Source: Pedosphaera sp. (GTDB lineage Bacteria > Verrucomicrobiota > Verrucomicrobiia > Limisphaerales > SIBH01). Taken from it: DNA of 11,221 nucleotides. Shown here in pieces: positions 7,620-11,221 of the stretch (positions within the stretch are counted from its first letter, which is position 1; the number at the start of each line of letters is the position of its first letter). The notes beneath the pieces are model-generated. The model worked only from the letters and a program-made list of their open reading frames with translations. It had not been told where the DNA came from and made no database searches. The DNA lies in NCBI GenBank assembly GCA_031414955.1, contig JANOQV010000031.1, positions 1-11,221 on the forward strand. The letters run 5' to 3'. A program made the position numbers and the translations under genes.

Positions 7620-8984
7620 ATGAATCACACGCTGAGAATCCTACCCATGCGCCGACCGCTTCACGCCTGCATCGTGTTTTCATTACTAGCCATCGCCGGC
7701 GTGCTGCCCCGCGCGATGGCGGAATCGAACATCGGTCTGAAACTGATCACCGAAGGACTCGGCGCGCCGATGGCGCTGGCTCCCTTTGCGGACGGTTCAG
7801 GTCGCATGCTTCTCGCAGAGCAAAGCGGCGTCATCCATTTGCTCGACCGCGATGGAAAACGCGCCGAGCCGCTCTTCCTGGATCTGCGTCCCAAAATGGT
7901 GGCGATCAACAAAGGCATGGAGGAGCGGGGACTGCTCGGCCTCGCGCTTCATCCGCAGTTCAATTCCAACCGCAAGCTCTACGTCGTGTACAGCGCGCCG
8001 CTGCGGACGAATGCACCGCCGAAGTGGGACCACGCGGAACGACTCAGTGAGTTCAAGGCCGGCGCGGACTTCGCTTCCGCCGATCCTGCTTCCGAGCGCG
8101 TGATTCTGGAAATCGACGAACCGGACTGGAACCACAACAGCGGGCGCATCGCGTTTGGGCCAGATGGCTTTCTCTACATCAGCGTAGGCGATGGCGGCGC
8201 GTTCAACGACGTCGGCGATGTCGCGCGCGGACGCGGTCATCCGCCCGAAGGCTTTGGACAACGGCTCGATACGTTGCTCGGCAAGGTGTTGCGGCTCGAT
8301 GTGGACCGCGGCAATCCCTACGGCATCCCGAAGGACAATCCGTATGCGAACGGCAAGAAGGGTCTTCCGGAAATCTTCGCCTATGGCCTGCGCAATCCGT
8401 GGGGCATGTCCTTTGATCGCGGCGGGAAGCGCGATTTGATTCTAGCGGATGTCGGCCAGGATCGATGGGAGGAGATCAACGTCATCATCAATGGCGGCAA
8501 CTACGGCTGGCGCTTGCGCGAAGGCTTTGATGGATTCGATCCCAAGAATCCGCGTTCCGCCCCGACCAACGCCGTGAGCGTCGGCGTCGATGGCAAACCG
8601 TTCGTCGATCCCGTGCTCGCTTACAAAACACTGCGCGGTCTCGGCACAGAATCGAATGCCTTCGGCGTCACCGTCACGGGCGGCTACGTCTATCGCGGCA
8701 AGGCGTTCCCGTCACTCGTCGGCAAATACATCTTCGCCGACTGGTCGCGCAGCATGGCCATTCCCGACGGCACGTTGCTCGTGGCGACGATTCCGTCCGG
8801 CAACTCCGCTGGCGCGCGTTGGACGGTGGAGCCGCTCGCGTTGAAGGAGTTTCCGAACGGCCGTATCAAGTCCTACATCTGGGCGCTGGGCGAAGATGCC
8901 GACGGCGAACTCTACGTGCTGGCCAATGGGATGAACTCGGCGTTCGGCACGCGCGGCAAGGTCTTCAAGCTCGTGCCGCAATAG
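7620..8984 (+). CDS. Secreted PQQ-dependent sugar dehydrogenase (glucose/sorbosone dehydrogenase, GSDH beta-propeller)
   Basis: Signal-peptide-like N-terminus; EERGLLGLALHPQF, NHNSGRIAFGPDGFLYISVGDGG, LLGKVLRLDVD, YGIPKDNPY, EIFAYGLRNPWGMSFD, DVGQDRWEEIN, GGNYGW, VTGGYVYRG, GEDADGELY. The start could be ATG 7647. Confidence 0.93.
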   Translation: MNHTLRILPMRRPLHACIVFSLLAIAGVLPRAMAESNIGLKLITEGLGAPMALAPFADGSGRMLLAEQSGVIHLLDRDGKRAEPLFLDLRPKMVAINKGMEERGLLGLALHPQFNSNRKLYVVYSAPLRTNAPPKWDHAERLSEFKAGADFASADPASERVILEIDEPDWNHNSGRIAFGPDGFLYISVGDGGAFNDVGDVARGRGHPPEGFGQRLDTLLGKVLRLDVDRGNPYGIPKDNPYANGKKGLPEIFAYGLRNPWGMSFDRGGKRDLILADVGQDRWEEINVIINGGNYGWRLREGFDGFDPKNPRSAPTNAVSVGVDGKPFVDPVLAYKTLRGLGTESNAFGVTVTGGYVYRGKAFPSLVGKYIFADWSRSMAIPDGTLLVATIPSGNSAGARWTVEPLALKEFPNGRIKSYIWALGEDADGELYVLANGMNSAFGTRGKVFKLVPQ

Positions 8985-9015
8985 TTCCTGCACCCGTGAT
9001 GCACAGAAACGCTTT

Positions 9016-9630
9016 ATGAAAAACTTCTTTGCCGCTCTTGGGGCGGTCGCTTTGTTTGGGTTGTTGATCTCGAAGGCCAGTGCCGCCGATGCGCTGAGGC
9101 CCGACGCCGAGGGTTACATCCGCCACTGGGTCATGCTCGCCCCGGTGGCGATTCGCGAGGGCGAGACGTGCGCGGAGGCTTTGCTCAAGGAACAGATCAA
9201 GGATGAATCCGCGCTTCGTCCGAAGGCCGGGGACAAGGTCAAGGTCGGCGGGAAGGATTTGGTCTGGCAGAACATCACCGCCTCGACCAATTACTTCGAC
9301 TTCAACGAAGTCCTGAAGTCGATCAACGATCACGTCGCGGGTTACATGGTCACCTACATCGAATGCGAGAAGGAGATGCCCGACGTCATCGTGGCGGTGG
9401 CCAGCAACGATCAAGGCCGCATCTACTTCAATGGCGTGGACATCTACGCGTTCACCGAAGCGCGGCCGCTGATGCTCGATGCCGACAAGGGCCGGGTCAC
9501 ATTGAAGAAAGGCGTCAATGTCATGGTGTTCAAGGTCACCAACGAACAAAACAGTTGGCAGGGAGCGATGCGCTTTTTGGACAAGGCCGGCGCTCCTGTG
9601 AAGGATCTGAAAATCAAATTGTCGCCGTAA
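9016..9630 (+). CDS. Secreted hypothetical protein, probable beta-sandwich (galactose-binding/PA14-like) domain
   Basis: Signal peptide MKNFFAALGAVALFGLLISKASA; GYIRHWVMLAP, ASNDQGRIYFNG and VTLKKGVNVMVFKVTN are typical of jelly-roll accessory domains; strong host-like codon bias. Confidence 0.8.
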   Translation: MKNFFAALGAVALFGLLISKASAADALRPDAEGYIRHWVMLAPVAIREGETCAEALLKEQIKDESALRPKAGDKVKVGGKDLVWQNITASTNYFDFNEVLKSINDHVAGYMVTYIECEKEMPDVIVAVASNDQGRIYFNGVDIYAFTEARPLMLDADKGRVTLKKGVNVMVFKVTNEQNSWQGAMRFLDKAGAPVKDLKIKLSP

Positions 9631-9650
9631 GGACATCTACTCAGCCGAAT

Positions 9651-11162
9651 ATGAAAAGCCCTGACTCAAACCACCGCATCCGGGTGCAAGCTGGAACACG
9701 CACTATCACGGCGGGGGCGCAACAGACTTCCCTCTCCCCTCAACGGGGAGAGGGATTGAGGGTGAGGGGTGATGCTGCCCGAGATCCCACAGAACACGAA
9801 CGCGCAGGACTGTTCCCACCCCTCACCCCGGCCCTCTCCCCGTTGAGGGGAGAGGGAGTCGTCACACCGCGCTCGTTGTGCGTGCGTGTGCCAAGTTGCG
9901 CCTGGGCCGGCCTCCTCACGGCAATGCTGCTGGCGGCGGGAACAACCGCCTGGTCCGCGGATGCGCCGGTCACGCTGAAGGACGCGTTCAAGGACCACTT
10001 CGTTGTCGGCACGGCGGTCAACCGCAGCATGGTCACTGGCGGCACCGGGTTTCGCCGCAGCGCGGAGCTGAACGCCGCGGACGTGGCGCTGCTCAAAAAG
10101 CACTTCAACCAAATCACCGCCGAGAACGACACGAAGTGGCAGATGATCCATCCGCGCGAGGGCGCGGACGGCTACGACTTCGGCCCGACGGATGCCCTGG
10201 TGAATTTCGGACAAAGCAACAACATGCAGGTCGTCGGGCACACGCTGGTGTGGCACAGCCAGACGCCGAACTGGGTGTTCGCCGGCACGAATCCACCGCC
10301 GGCCTCCGCGACCAACAGGGCACTAGTCGCGTCCGCCGCTGGCGCGAACACGAACGCGCCGGGGACGAATCAGCCAGGACGACGCGGATTCGGTCCTGGG
10401 TTTGGTGGCGGCGGGTTCGGCCGCTTTAACGGCCCGCGCGCTTCGCGGGACGAATTGCTCCAGCGGATGCGCGATCACATCCACACCGTCGTGGGACGGT
10501 ACAAGGGCAAGGTCAAGTCGTGGGATGTCGTGAACGAAGCTCTCGCTGACGGGAACGGGACGAATGTGTTGAGGAACTCGCTGTGGCTCGAAATCATTGG
10601 GCCGGATTTCATCGCCAAGGCGTTTCAGTACGCGCACGAGGCGGACCCGCAAGCGATTCTCCGCTACAACGACTATGGGCTGGAGAATCCGGCCAAGCGC
10701 AAGCGGCTCATCTCGCTCATCAAGGAACTTCAGGCGCAGAAGGTGCCCGTCCACGCCATCGGTTCGCAGGCTCACGTCAATGTTTCGACGAGCTTCGAGA
10801 CGATGGACCAGTCGCTCACGGAGATGGCGACGCTTGGCCTGCCCATTCACATCACGGAGCTGGACGTGAACAGCGCGCAAGGCGGCCAGCGCGGCTTCGG
10901 CGCGAACGTGGCCGACAACGCCGCGACCACGCAAGGCGGTCTCGTGAGCGACGCCGACAAGAAACTCGCCGACGCCTACGCCGGAATCTTCCGCGCGTTC
11001 GTGAAGCACCGCGACTCCGTGAAGATGGTAACGTTCTGGGGCGTGAATGATGCGAACTCCTGGCGTGCCCAAGGCAAGCCGCTGCTGTTCGATGGCAACA
11101 GCCAGCCCAAGCCCGCATTTGACGCGGTGATTCGTGCCGCTCATGGGCCGGAGGCACGATGA
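9651..11162 (+). CDS. Endo-1,4-beta-xylanase, glycoside hydrolase family 10 (start uncertain)
   Basis: TLKDAFKDHFVVGTAV, FNQITAEN-x-x-KW, GHTLVWHSQTPNW, RYKGKVKSWDVVNE (acid/base Glu), YNDY, IGSQAH, ITELD (nucleophile Glu), TFWGVND, PLLFD...KPAF. Hydrophobic signal region ends in AWSA. ATG 9651 follows the upstream stop by 20 nt; alternative TTG/GTG starts at 9876-9888. Confidence 0.93.
   Translation: MKSPDSNHRIRVQAGTRTITAGAQQTSLSPQRGEGLRVRGDAARDPTEHERAGLFPPLTPALSPLRGEGVVTPRSLCVRVPSCAWAGLLTAMLLAAGTTAWSADAPVTLKDAFKDHFVVGTAVNRSMVTGGTGFRRSAELNAADVALLKKHFNQITAENDTKWQMIHPREGADGYDFGPTDALVNFGQSNNMQVVGHTLVWHSQTPNWVFAGTNPPPASATNRALVASAAGANTNAPGTNQPGRRGFGPGFGGGGFGRFNGPRASRDELLQRMRDHIHTVVGRYKGKVKSWDVVNEALADGNGTNVLRNSLWLEIIGPDFIAKAFQYAHEADPQAILRYNDYGLENPAKRKRLISLIKELQAQKVPVHAIGSQAHVNVSTSFETMDQSLTEMATLGLPIHITELDVNSAQGGQRGFGANVADNAATTQGGLVSDADKKLADAYAGIFRAFVKHRDSVKMVTFWGVNDANSWRAQGKPLLFDGNSQPKPAFDAVIRAAHGPEAR
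9725..9860. repeat. REPIN/MITE-like nested palindromic element (two inverted CCCTCTCCCC-N5-GGGGAGAGGG hairpin units)
   Basis: 9729-9754 is the exact reverse complement of 9832-9857 (26 bp) and 9760-9771 of 9817-9828 (12 bp). Each unit is itself a 10-bp stem with a 5-nt loop. Translates as the SLSPxRGEG and PLTPALSPLRGEG repeat peptides. Confidence 0.9.
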
Positions 11163-11221
11163 TGCGCCGAACCCAAAATTGGAACCGCTGCCCGTCGCCT
11201 GGTTCAAGCACTGGCAGACCA
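11159..11221 (+). CDS. Probable start of next gene (3'-partial, unknown product)
   Basis: ATGATG overlaps the xylanase TGA, GGAGG lies at 11150-11154, and the frame is open to the window end (MMRRTQNWNRCPSPGSSTGRP). Confidence 0.45.
   Translation, partial: MMRRTQNWNRCPSPGSSTGRP

Noticed and set aside
9363..9650. 599-aa version of the xylanase ORF
   Set aside because: The extension overlaps the 9016-9630 gene out of frame and reads as shadow sequence.

Overview
GC-rich bacterial window, probably PVC superphylum (Verrucomicrobia-like; inferred from the gene families). All real genes are on the + strand. The backbone is a cluster of secreted or periplasmic enzymes: a PVC-type beta-propeller dehydrogenase/HEAT/cytochrome c gene (5'-partial, with a single-base frameshift at 882/883), a PQQ/GSDH-family sugar dehydrogenase, a small secreted beta-sandwich protein and a GH10 endo-xylanase. 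A ~5 kb integrase-less defence islet (2586-7601) interrupts this cluster. It is bounded by a 57-bp imperfect direct repeat of the dehydrogenase gene's 3' end (2529-2585 and 7545-7601, 51/57 identical, 28-bp perfect core). It carries a translationally coupled operon of a PD-(D/E)XK nuclease, a Zn-ribbon adenine methyltransferase and a beta-class N4/N6 methyltransferase. The islet also holds gene-end scars: two tandem copies of what looks like the thiC 3' tail flanking a promoter plus a Phd/YefM-like stub, and a dinD-like stub at the right end. These suggest cassettes accreting by repeated duplication of gene 3' ends. A nested palindromic REPIN-like element lies in frame in the 5' region of the xylanase ORF. 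Family assignments come from motif recognition by eye; no searches were run.
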